Source: a virus. Taken from it: a stretch of DNA of 64,000 nucleotides. This document shows, one piece after another, positions 1 through 10,900 of the stretch (its first letter is position 1; every line of letters starts with the position of its first letter). The notes under the pieces are model-generated. The model searched no databases and was not told the DNA's origin. It saw only the letters and a program-made list of their open reading frames with translations. The stretch spans positions 42,240-106,239 of the IMG/VR virus record IMGVR_UViG_3300008459_000008; one strand, given 5' to 3'. Made by a program: the position numbers and the translations under genes.

Positions 1-116
1 TAAAATTTTAGACATATAACAATTATATGTTGATATGATTAATTGTTATAAAAAACTAATTTTTACATTTTGTTTTTTGTGAAAACGATATATAAAAAAA
101 AAGAAAAAATTAAGTA

Positions 117-3100
117 ATGAAAAACATTTTATTATACCTTAGTTGTTTGTTAATTACATCCAACTTATTTTCTCAAGTAAAGATGGATGTTTGGAATAAA
201 AATCCAAACACATCTCGTACTATAGCAAAAATAAATCCATCCAAATTACCAGTGTCATTCGAATCGACTTTACCAGATGGTTCAACAGAAATTTATGATA
301 AATGGAACGTCTCTGACATTGAAGTAGAAACATCAACAAAGAAAAAATATACTTTCAAACCAAATGCTTATAAAGCAAGAAAAAATTTAAGTATTTTGAC
401 ATATACTGAAAATGGTTGGGAAGGTATGTATCAATCACCTGATGGTTCATCTTATTCAATGAATCCCACCAGTGTTACTAAAGATGATACAAGACCACAA
501 GGAACTCTAGGTGGTTGTGAAACGATGATTCCGGCAAATATTACGATAAACAAAATACCAGAGAGAACTCCACAAACATCAAATTTATTAACAAATACTC
601 AATATTATGACCCTGCTATAACAATAAATAAAAATTTAACAGTGTATGCAGAGGTGACAAATGACTTACACGTTTCACTAGGAAATAATTTAACAACAAC
701 ACAAAACTGGGTCACTAATTTGTTTCTTGCAGTTTCCAATATTTACGCTCAGGAAGGTCTGACAGTCACATTGAATAAAATTTATGTCTGGCAGTCTGTT
801 GATCCGTATGGTTATCAAACCACAACAACTTCGTCATGTATCCTAGGGGGTGGGTCCCTTTATGGATCAGCATTCTGTACCGGTTTTACTGATAATATTA
901 AAAATAATCTACCAGTCAATCCAAATAACACCACGACTAATGTGACATCTCATTTCAAACATCTATTACATGGTAGAGGTTCTTTAGGTGGTATAGCTTG
1001 GTTAGGAGGCAACTCTGATGGATACAATCCTGATACTTGGAATGTAGTCGGAACGAATTTATCAACCGCAGTGTCAGGTTTCACGAGCACGACAATCCCT
1101 TCACAAGCTACCACAGGTTATAACTGGCCAGTATATGTCACCGCACATGAGATGGGACACAATTGTGGTTCCTCACACACACAGTTTTGTAGGTGGAGAA
1201 ATGATCAAGGTGCCTATTTAGGTAGATTAGATAGCTGTTATAAAGGAGAAAATTACAATTCTACGGGATATTGTACTCAAGAAACTGTAGAACCTTGTCC
1301 TGCCAACTGTACTCAAACCACATATCTAACCACTAAACCAAATAATAATGGTACAATAATGAGTTACTGTCATTTGAATGGTTCTGTAAACTTGTCATCA
1401 AGATTTGGTAAATATCCAAGATTTGCTATGAGAAGTTCTGTGGATAGGACCCCATACATACTCAATCCAATCTCAACTTTACCAGAAGTCGCGTCCGCAA
1501 ATGTCACTTCTATAACATCTTTTACAGCTACTTGTGGAGGGAATGTGACATTTGGTGGTGGTTCAGGTGTAACCGCAAGAGGAGTATGTTGGGCCCCTTA
1601 CCCAACAGAGCCTACAACCGCCAACTCTAAAACCCTCGATGGTACAGGAACTGGATCATTCACTAGTGTTATGACTAATTTGACACCAGCGGTGACTCTT
1701 TATGTAAGAGCGTATGCAACTAATTCTGCCGGAACTTCATACGGAGGATTAAGACTTTTCACACCAGGTCCGCCAGTACCACCAGTTTTGACAACAGTGC
1801 CTATCAATACCGTAGGACAAACAACAGCAAAATCAGGTGGTACAATTTCAAGCGGTGGTGGGGGAACTATTACTAGAAAAGGTGTTGTTTGGAGTATATT
1901 CCCCATACCTGATAATACTACTATAAACTCGGAGATTGGTAATACGAATGATGGTACTGGAACTGCGAACTTTACAAGTTCAATAACAGGCCTTACTCTT
2001 GGTGTAACTTATTACGTGAGAGCATATGCAGAAAATGAGTATGGTGTCGGTTGGGGTAGTGAATTAACATTCACAACTAGTACTGCTACTACACCATCAT
2101 TAACAACCAATTCAGTTACTACATTCACAAATACAACAGCAACTATGGGTGGTAATGTAACTGCGTCCGGTGGAGCCTCAGTTTCAAGACGAGGTGTTTG
2201 TTATGCGACTACTCAAAATCCCACAATCGCTAATACTGTAGTAAATATAGGTACTGGTACTGGCACTTTTTCACAAAGTGTGACTGGATTGAGTCAAGGT
2301 GTAACCTATTATGTGAGAGCCTTTGCAGAAAACCAAGCTGGTCTTAATTATGGCACTCAAGTTAGTTTCAAAACATTGACTATCCCATCTGTGTCAACCA
2401 CCGCAGCTACTAATTTAGCAACAACATCATTTACTACAGGTGGTAATGTAACATCTGCCGGTGGTGGCAGTCTTACTGTTACTGCTAGAGGTGTTTGTTA
2501 TTCTACCTCAACTAGTCCGTCTCTGACTAATGGTACTGTGTTATCAATTGGAACCGGAACTGGCACATTCACAACAAACATCACTGCATTGACACAAGGC
2601 GTCACATACTATGTGAGAGCTTATGCAACTAATACTTATGGTACTGCTTATGGAAGTCAAATCACTGTCAAGACACTGACTGTACCAACAGTCACTACTA
2701 CGGCTTCAACAGCTCTGTCTAAGACAGGTTTCACAACTGGTGGTAATGTAACTTCAGCAGGAGGTGGTACCTTATCAGTCACTGAAAGGGGTATTGTTTA
2801 TTCAACAACGGTACAAGATCCAACTACATCCAATACAAAGGTTTTAGCAGCAACACCAACAGGTACGGGATCTTATACAATAAGTTTGACGGGTTTAACA
2901 CCTGGTACAATTTATTATGTTAGAGCTTATGCAATAAATTCAGTAGGTACTGGTTACGGTTCTCGTATAACAGTGACCACTCCAAGTGAACCAGTATTAT
3001 CAACAACTTCGATAACATCTATATCAACTACAACAGCATCATCTGGTGGAACAATTACATCAAGTTCGGGATCAACAGTTACTGCTAGGGGGGTTTGTTA

Positions 3101-4853
3101 TTCCACATCTCCAAATCCTACGACCGCAAACACAACCACAAGTAATGGGACTGGAACAGGTACATTTACAAGTAGTCTAACTGGACTATCTCCTTCTACT
3201 ACATATTATGTAAAGGCATACGCAATTAACACCACTGGTACGGGTTATGGTAATGAATTATCATTTACTACGACATCTTCTGGATCTTTTCCATCACTAA
3301 CAACTACTGCAGCAAGTGGTATATCTCAAACTACTGCATCTTCTGGTGGAAATGTGACTGCTGATGGTGGTTCAACGGTCACCGCAAGAGGAATTTGTTA
3401 CGCAACCACACAAAATCCAACCCTATCAAATACGGTAGTAAATAGTGGTTCGGGTACTGGTGTTTTTACAAGTTCATTATCTGGATTGACACCAAACACT
3501 ACTTATTATATCAGAGCCTTTGCTACAAATTCAAATGGAACAAATTTCGGAACACAAGTTTCTTTTACGACTTTATCCTCAATTACATTTCCCATTTTAA
3601 CAACAAATACAGTGACATCCATAACTTCAACATCAGCAACTTCTGGTGGTAATATTACAAGTGATGGTGGTGCTACTGTCACTGCAAGGGGGGTTTGTTA
3701 TGCCACAACACAAAATCCAACGACCTCAAATACAGTGATTACAAGTGGTTCAGGTACTGGAACATTTTCAGTGTCGATCACTGGTCTTACAAGTGGTGTA
3801 ACCTATTATGTTAGATCTTATGCTACTAATTCAGCGGGCACAAATTATGGAACCCAACAATCTTTTACAACTTTGGTCTTTCCTTCATTATCTACTACTT
3901 CCGCGACTAGTGTCACTTCTACAACTGCGACAACCGGAGGTAATGTAACTTCAGATGGTGGGGCTACAGTAACCGCTAGAGGTGTGTGTTATGCAACAAC
4001 ACAAACCCCAACCCTTTCAAATTCATTCACATCAAATGGTACCGGTGTGGGATCATTTACCAGTAGTTTAACTGGTCTAACTCAGAATACTACTTACTAT
4101 GTAAGAGCTTATGCGACTAATTCAGTTGGTACAAATTATGGTAGTCAAATCAGTTTTACGACTACTACTGGTGAGACTTTACCTACTGTAACGACTACCG
4201 CAGTGACTTCTGTGACTTCGAACAGTGCCTCTTCAGGTGGAAATGTTACAAGTTCTGGTTCACAATCTGTAACATCTAGAGGAGTAGTCTGGTCGACCTC
4301 AATAGATCCTACAGTGTCATTGACTACAAAAACTGTCAATGGTAGTGGAACAGGTACTTTCACTAGTTCAATAACATCACTATCAGCTTCTACTACTTAT
4401 TATGTAAGAGCTTATGCTACGAGTTCTGTTGGTACTGGTTATGGTAATAATGTTCAATTCACAACATCATCATCACCTACAGCATCTTGCACAGTGACTA
4501 CTTTTGCACCATACCAATTAAATGGTTTTTGGAGATTTAAATGGAATTTGAATTCGAATTGTAACAGCTACACTGTCACTGTAAGTAGATATAATTATAC
4601 GAGTTCTTCTGTCCAACCTCCAGTTGGAGCAACACCTGTTGCTACAGGTGCTAGATTGACCAACTATGTTCCCACGACCAATGAAATTTCTCAAGGATTT
4701 ATTGACCAACAAATGAATCCCCAACCTGCTACCACTGGATATTGGTACAGTTTTGATGTAAAATGTAATGCAACTTCTTGTAGTGGTTCAAACACTACTA
4801 GATCACCTTACTTCTATGTAGGTACTACTCCAGCATCGACAATCGGTAAATAA
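117..4853 (+). CDS. Secreted reprolysin/M12B-like zinc metalloprotease with 10 FN3-like repeats
   Basis: Signal peptide (MKNILLYLSCLLITSNLFS-Q); zinc motif HEMGHNCGSSH; Met-turn IMSYC; ten ~100-aa repeats with YYVRAYATN cores; Cys-containing C-terminal domain. Confidence 0.85.
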   Translation: MKNILLYLSCLLITSNLFSQVKMDVWNKNPNTSRTIAKINPSKLPVSFESTLPDGSTEIYDKWNVSDIEVETSTKKKYTFKPNAYKARKNLSILTYTENGWEGMYQSPDGSSYSMNPTSVTKDDTRPQGTLGGCETMIPANITINKIPERTPQTSNLLTNTQYYDPAITINKNLTVYAEVTNDLHVSLGNNLTTTQNWVTNLFLAVSNIYAQEGLTVTLNKIYVWQSVDPYGYQTTTTSSCILGGGSLYGSAFCTGFTDNIKNNLPVNPNNTTTNVTSHFKHLLHGRGSLGGIAWLGGNSDGYNPDTWNVVGTNLSTAVSGFTSTTIPSQATTGYNWPVYVTAHEMGHNCGSSHTQFCRWRNDQGAYLGRLDSCYKGENYNSTGYCTQETVEPCPANCTQTTYLTTKPNNNGTIMSYCHLNGSVNLSSRFGKYPRFAMRSSVDRTPYILNPISTLPEVASANVTSITSFTATCGGNVTFGGGSGVTARGVCWAPYPTEPTTANSKTLDGTGTGSFTSVMTNLTPAVTLYVRAYATNSAGTSYGGLRLFTPGPPVPPVLTTVPINTVGQTTAKSGGTISSGGGGTITRKGVVWSIFPIPDNTTINSEIGNTNDGTGTANFTSSITGLTLGVTYYVRAYAENEYGVGWGSELTFTTSTATTPSLTTNSVTTFTNTTATMGGNVTASGGASVSRRGVCYATTQNPTIANTVVNIGTGTGTFSQSVTGLSQGVTYYVRAFAENQAGLNYGTQVSFKTLTIPSVSTTAATNLATTSFTTGGNVTSAGGGSLTVTARGVCYSTSTSPSLTNGTVLSIGTGTGTFTTNITALTQGVTYYVRAYATNTYGTAYGSQITVKTLTVPTVTTTASTALSKTGFTTGGNVTSAGGGTLSVTERGIVYSTTVQDPTTSNTKVLAATPTGTGSYTISLTGLTPGTIYYVRAYAINSVGTGYGSRITVTTPSEPVLSTTSITSISTTTASSGGTITSSSGSTVTARGVCYSTSPNPTTANTTTSNGTGTGTFTSSLTGLSPSTTYYVKAYAINTTGTGYGNELSFTTTSSGSFPSLTTTAASGISQTTASSGGNVTADGGSTVTARGICYATTQNPTLSNTVVNSGSGTGVFTSSLSGLTPNTTYYIRAFATNSNGTNFGTQVSFTTLSSITFPILTTNTVTSITSTSATSGGNITSDGGATVTARGVCYATTQNPTTSNTVITSGSGTGTFSVSITGLTSGVTYYVRSYATNSAGTNYGTQQSFTTLVFPSLSTTSATSVTSTTATTGGNVTSDGGATVTARGVCYATTQTPTLSNSFTSNGTGVGSFTSSLTGLTQNTTYYVRAYATNSVGTNYGSQISFTTTTGETLPTVTTTAVTSVTSNSASSGGNVTSSGSQSVTSRGVVWSTSIDPTVSLTTKTVNGSGTGTFTSSITSLSASTTYYVRAYATSSVGTGYGNNVQFTTSSSPTASCTVTTFAPYQLNGFWRFKWNLNSNCNSYTVTVSRYNYTSSSVQPPVGATPVATGARLTNYVPTTNEISQGFIDQQMNPQPATTGYWYSFDVKCNATSCSGSNTTRSPYFYVGTTPASTIGK

Positions 4854-4909
4854 GGAATTATCCTCAAATAAAATTTGAATATATACAAAAAAAACATATC
4901 AAATACAAA

Positions 4910-7900
4910 ATGAAAAAGTTTCTGTTCTTTCTAACAAGTTTGATTTTAACGTTGAATTCGTTTGGTCAAGTGAAATTGAACGTTTGGGACAAAAATCCAA
5001 ATGTATCTAAAACAATCAATAATATAAAACCGAATAATTTACCAAAAACATTCGAGTCGTTGACACCGGATGGTGAAAAAACCATCTATGATAGATGGGA
5101 AGTTCCAGCTATAACAGTTGTGTCATCTAAAGGTAAGTCATACACAACAAAACCAGTGGCTTACAAATCAAGAAATGGATTTGGTGTCTTAACCTATTCC
5201 AAAAATGGGTGGCAGGGTTTACATTCTGGTAGGAGTGGTAAATTTTACTCAATGACACCTTCAAAGGTTAATGAGGACACATCGTCATTGAGATCAGTCG
5301 AAGAATATTGTGGAGGTGCAGGTTTACAACCAAGTAGCCAAAATATTGATCAAAAAAAAGACACAAAAAAGACTCCGTCGGTCGGTAGATTAACTAATAG
5401 TGATTTTTATAATCCATTAGTACCAATCAATAAAACTTGTAGTGTTTATGCAGAAATTGCTTTTGATCTACATACTGCGTTGGGTGGAAATCTAGCTACA
5501 ACTGAAGATTGGGTTACGAGACTTTTTCTAGGTATATCACAAATCTATTTGAATGAGGGTATAACAATATACTTGAATAAAGTTTATGTTTGGGAAGCGT
5601 TAGACCCATATGGATATACCACACAAACAGGTACACAGGATGTAGTTAGAAGTAATGTACTCAATCTATTCGGTGGAAAAATTTTAAATAATCTTCCAAC
5701 CAATCCAAATTCAAACTTTAAACATTTACTTACTAATGCTACTTATGGGGGAGTTGCTTACTACGGACCATTCACACCATCAGATGGATACACTCCCGCA
5801 AGCGATTTATTCGGTCCGACCAGTAGAGTAGGTCTATCTAGTATGAGTAACAAACTAGAGATAGCATCAACACCAACAGATTTAAGTGTTTACAACGATA
5901 GAAGATGGTGTTTACTTGTAGTTGCTCATGAGTTAGGTCATAATTTTGGTTCAAGACACACACAGTGGTGTGGTTGGAAAAGTGATGTTGGTACACTAAT
6001 TGGTAGACTAGACTCTTGTACAAATGGTGAAACTTCAAATCCACTAGGACCTAATTGTGGAGCAACTAGCTACCCATCATATAAACCGACCATAATGAGT
6101 TATTGTCAGTTCCATCAGAATGCTCCTGCTTTTTCACAATTTTTATCCAATGGTTTTGGAAAGTATCCTAGATTTAGTATAAGGACTGGATTAGCCAATT
6201 CATCAGACATACCTTATACAAATGCTTCGATACCAACACTTACCACAACCCCAATAGTTACCTATACCGCTACAACTGCTACATCGGGTGGTAACATCAC
6301 AAGTGATGGTGGTGCTAATGTAACCTCGAGAGGGGTGTGTTGGTCAACATCACCAAACCCGACAATATCGGGATCAAGAACTCTTGATGGTTCCTTTTCA
6401 GGGAGTTTTACTAGTAACATCACAGGTCTTTTAGGTGGAATAACTTATTACGTCAGAGCTTATGCAACCAATCAAGCCGGAACTGCTTATGGTAATGAAG
6501 TTAGTTTCACTACATCAGTACCCCTTGTACCAACACTATCGTCAACAACCGCCGCAACATCTATCACCAATAACAGCGCAACATCAGGTGGTAATGTGAG
6601 TGCAAATGGTGGTGGTTCAATTACCGCTAGGGGTGTTTGTTGGTCAACTTCAACAACCCCAACAATATCAAATTCGAGAACTAATGATGCTGTAGGTACA
6701 GGTACAGGCTCTTTCACAAGTAGTTTGACGGGTCTATCAGCTGGTACAACATACTATGTAAGATCTTACGCAACAAACAGTGCAGGAACGGGTTATGGAC
6801 CACAGATAACATTCTCAACATTTTCCGCATCTTCAATACTTATAAACACTACTGCTCTTACGGGATTAGCTCCCAAAAACGTGACGACGGGTGGAACAAT
6901 TACTTCAGACGGAGGTTCTGCAGTGACAGCAAGAGGGGTGTGTTGGTCAACAACAAGCCCACCAACTATATCGAATAGTAAGGTCAATACTGGAACAGGT
7001 ACAGGAACGTATACAAGTACGGTTAGTGGATTATCTCCATCTACGACATATTATTTGAGGTCATTTGCTACAAACTCTAGTGGTACAACATATGGTAATG
7101 AACTCTCCTTTACAACCACATCTGTTCCAACATTCATTAATGGTACTCCTAGTTATGTCTCACAAACATCTATAAAAACCAATTACACTATAAGTTTTCC
7201 AAATCAATCGTTTTCCAGCCATGCTTTGGGTGCTTCAACGACAAACCCACCGGATTCCTATAATCTGAATTCATCATCTTATACTTTTAATTCTGTATCA
7301 GGAACATACCAATCACTTCTCGGTAGAAAATCGACTTCACAAGGTCTTCAACCTTCAACGACATATTTTATTAGACCTATAGCAACAGACATATATGATA
7401 ATTTCTATTACGGACCAATAACACAAGCTACTACGCTTGCTCCTTCTCTACCTGTCTGTACTACGTATGTTGCAACTGAAGTTAGTACCCCGACTACAAA
7501 TGCATCGACCGCTAAATTGAGTGGTAAAGTTACATCAATAGGTGGGGCTATCACAGAAAGAGGTTTTTGTTATTCTACAACACAAAATCCAACCACATCA
7601 AATAGTAAAGTTACTACAACAACTTGTTCATCGGATGATGATTGTTTATTATCATTTACAAACACAGTGGCTAATTTTACTCCTGGTACTACCTACTATG
7701 TAAGATCCTACGCGATAAATCCAAGTGGTGTTGGTTATGGGAATCAAGTATCATTCACAACACCGATTTATGTCTATCAAGGACCACCAATAGTCGTTAT
7801 TGACTCAATCAGAAACATCTCAACTGTTGGTGCTAAACTTTATGGTCGAGTGACAAACAGAGGGGGTTCTGATTGTGTATTGAGTAGTGGATGTAGAGGT

Positions 7901-10900
7901 GTAGTTATAAGTGCAGTCACAAATAGTCCATCGAGTGGATGTGGAGTAGATGCAAACTTTGATCCTATATGTTGGTCATTTGTTGAAACTCCAAATGTTC
8001 AAAGTATAACAGGTGCTTTTGAAGTGGATTTCCAGGCAGGCAATCAATTGATGAAAGCAAATACAACTTATTATGTTAGGGCATACGCCACTAATTTTTT
8101 CGCAAATAACCAAAACAATTACGGATACTCCGCAACAAGTACATTTAAAACATTATTAACTGGAACAACACCCCTACTTTATACCAACACTACTGTGAGT
8201 ATCACAACCACGAGCGCAACAAGTGGTGGATTTATAACTTCACAGGGTGGTGCAAGTGTCACTCAAAAGGGAGTAGTGTGGTCTACATCTCCAAATCCAA
8301 CCACATCACTTTCTACAAAAACTTCTAATGGAACAGGCACTGCAGCTTATTCAAGTAATATGACAGGTCTCACACCTAATACTTTATACTATGTAAGAGC
8401 ATACGCTGTAAATAGTTTTGGAACATCTTATGGTCCTCAAGTACAATTCACTACAAATGCGAGTGCCGGACTAGCCACATTAACAACTACATCAGTCACA
8501 AATTTATCTACAACATCGGTGACATCAGGTGGTAACATTACAAACAGTGGTGGTACAAATGTTACTGCAAGAGGCGTATGTTACTCCACATCAACTAACC
8601 CAACAATAACTAACGGCACAGTTGTCGCGAGTGGTTCTGGTACAGGATCGTTCACAACAAATATCACTGGATTGATTCAAGGTAATACTTATTTTTTAAG
8701 GGCTTTTGCTACAAATACTTCCGGTACAAGTTATGGTAATCAAGTACAAATCACTACACTAACACTACCATCAATAACCACTACCGTCGCAAGTAATGTA
8801 ACCAGCACAACAGTAATTACTGGTGGTAATGTAACATCGGATGGTGGTTCGACTATTACGGAAAGAGGTGTCTGTTATGAAACAACACAGAACCCAACTA
8901 CAGGAAATTTTAAACTAGTATCAACTGGCACGACAGGTACGTTTACATCAAACATAACTGACTTGACACCAGGCACAACTTACTATGTAAGGGCATACGC
9001 TATAAATTCTGTAGGAACTCAATACGGAACTCAAATAAGTTTTACTACCACCGCAGCACAAACAGTACCCACTGTGACAACAACTAATCCAACATCTATC
9101 ACAACTAACACGGTAAGTAGTGGTGGTACTGTTAGTTCGGATGGTAATTCCACGGTTTCATCAAGAGGTGTTGTTTGGTCAACATCTTCGGGTCCAACAA
9201 TCAATCTTACAACTAAAACGGTTAATGGTAGTGGAACTGGTAGTTTCACAAGTTCAGTTGGAGGTCTTTTACCGGGTGTACTTTACTACATAAGAGCTTA
9301 TGCTACAAATTCAATTGGTACATCTTATGGTTCAGAATTCACATTCACCACTTTAACAACTACACCCACATTATCTTCTACCATTACAGCATCAAATATA
9401 ACTCAGACCTCAGCAATCTCAGGAGGAAACGTTACAAGTGATGGTGGGATAACAATTACTGAAAGGGGGGTATGTTGGTCAACATCAAGTAATCCGACTG
9501 TTAGTCTAAGTACAAAAACAATAGATGGATCTGGTGTTGGTAGTTTTGTTAGCGATCTCACAGGATTATCTGCGAGTACTACTTATTATGTTAGAGCTTA
9601 CGCTACTAATTCAAATGGTACTAGTTATGGAACACAAATATCATTTACTACTTTATCATCAACTACGGTTCCTACTGTCACAACCACAACCGCCTCATCA
9701 ATTACATTAACATCGGCCGTATCAGGTGGTAATGTGACTTCGGACGGAGGTACTGTTGTGACTGTGAGGGGGGTAGTTTGGTCTACATCTCCTTCACCGA
9801 CAGTATCTTTAACAACTAAAACTCAAGATGGTACAGGAATTGGTACGTTTACAAGCTCTATGACCGGTTTAACCGCGTCAACAATTTACTATTATAGAGC
9901 ATATGCGACTAACTCTCAAGGGACATCATATGGTAATCAACTATCATTTACCACCACTGCAAACTTACCTGTTGTGACAACAACAAACGTAAGTTCCGTC
10001 ACACTCACAGGTGCTGTTTCTGGTGGTAACGTAACATCAACTGGTGGAGCAACAGTCACAGCAAGAGGGGTATGTTGGTCAACATCACCTAATCCTACAA
10101 TATTGAACTCAAAGACAACTGATGGAAGTGGGACTGGTACATTTACAAGTACTATCTCTAATTTATCACAAAATACAACCTATTATGTCAGAGCATACGC
10201 AACTAACTCATCTGGTACCGCATATGGGACAGAATTACAATTCATCACATCAAACACATCTTTACCAACTGTTAATACAACATCTGTCACATCTATAGAT
10301 TTCACAAGTGCTATATCTGGAGGTAATGTGGTATCAGACGGTAATTCAACAGTGACATCGAGAGGTGTGGTGTGGTCTGAAACACAAAATCCAACCCTTA
10401 GTAATTCATTTACAGTAGATGATAATGGTACTGGTACATTTACAAGTAATCTCACAAATTTGACTGCCGGCGTCACATATTATGTAAGAGCGTATGCAAC
10501 AAATTCCTTAGGTACATCATATGGAAACCAAGTATCATTCGCAACAATACCTGGTCAAGCACCAGAGGTATCAACAAACATTATAAATAACGTCACATCC
10601 ACTAATGCTGAAGTTGTTTATAGTATAAACTCAATAGGTGGTGGAACATTATCATTAAAAGGTATTTGTTATTCTACATCTCCGAACCCCACAACATCTA
10701 ATCAGAAGGTAGAAGAAGTCTGTGCAATTGAGACCCCATGTGAGATCGGTCAATATACAATTACTTTCATAAATCCATTGTCTCCAAATGTGACTTATTA
10801 TGTAAGAGCCTACGCAACAAGTGAATTTGGAACCTCATATGGAGAAGAACTTTCCTTCACAACATTGATTAATTTCCCAACACTCACAACCACATCTATA

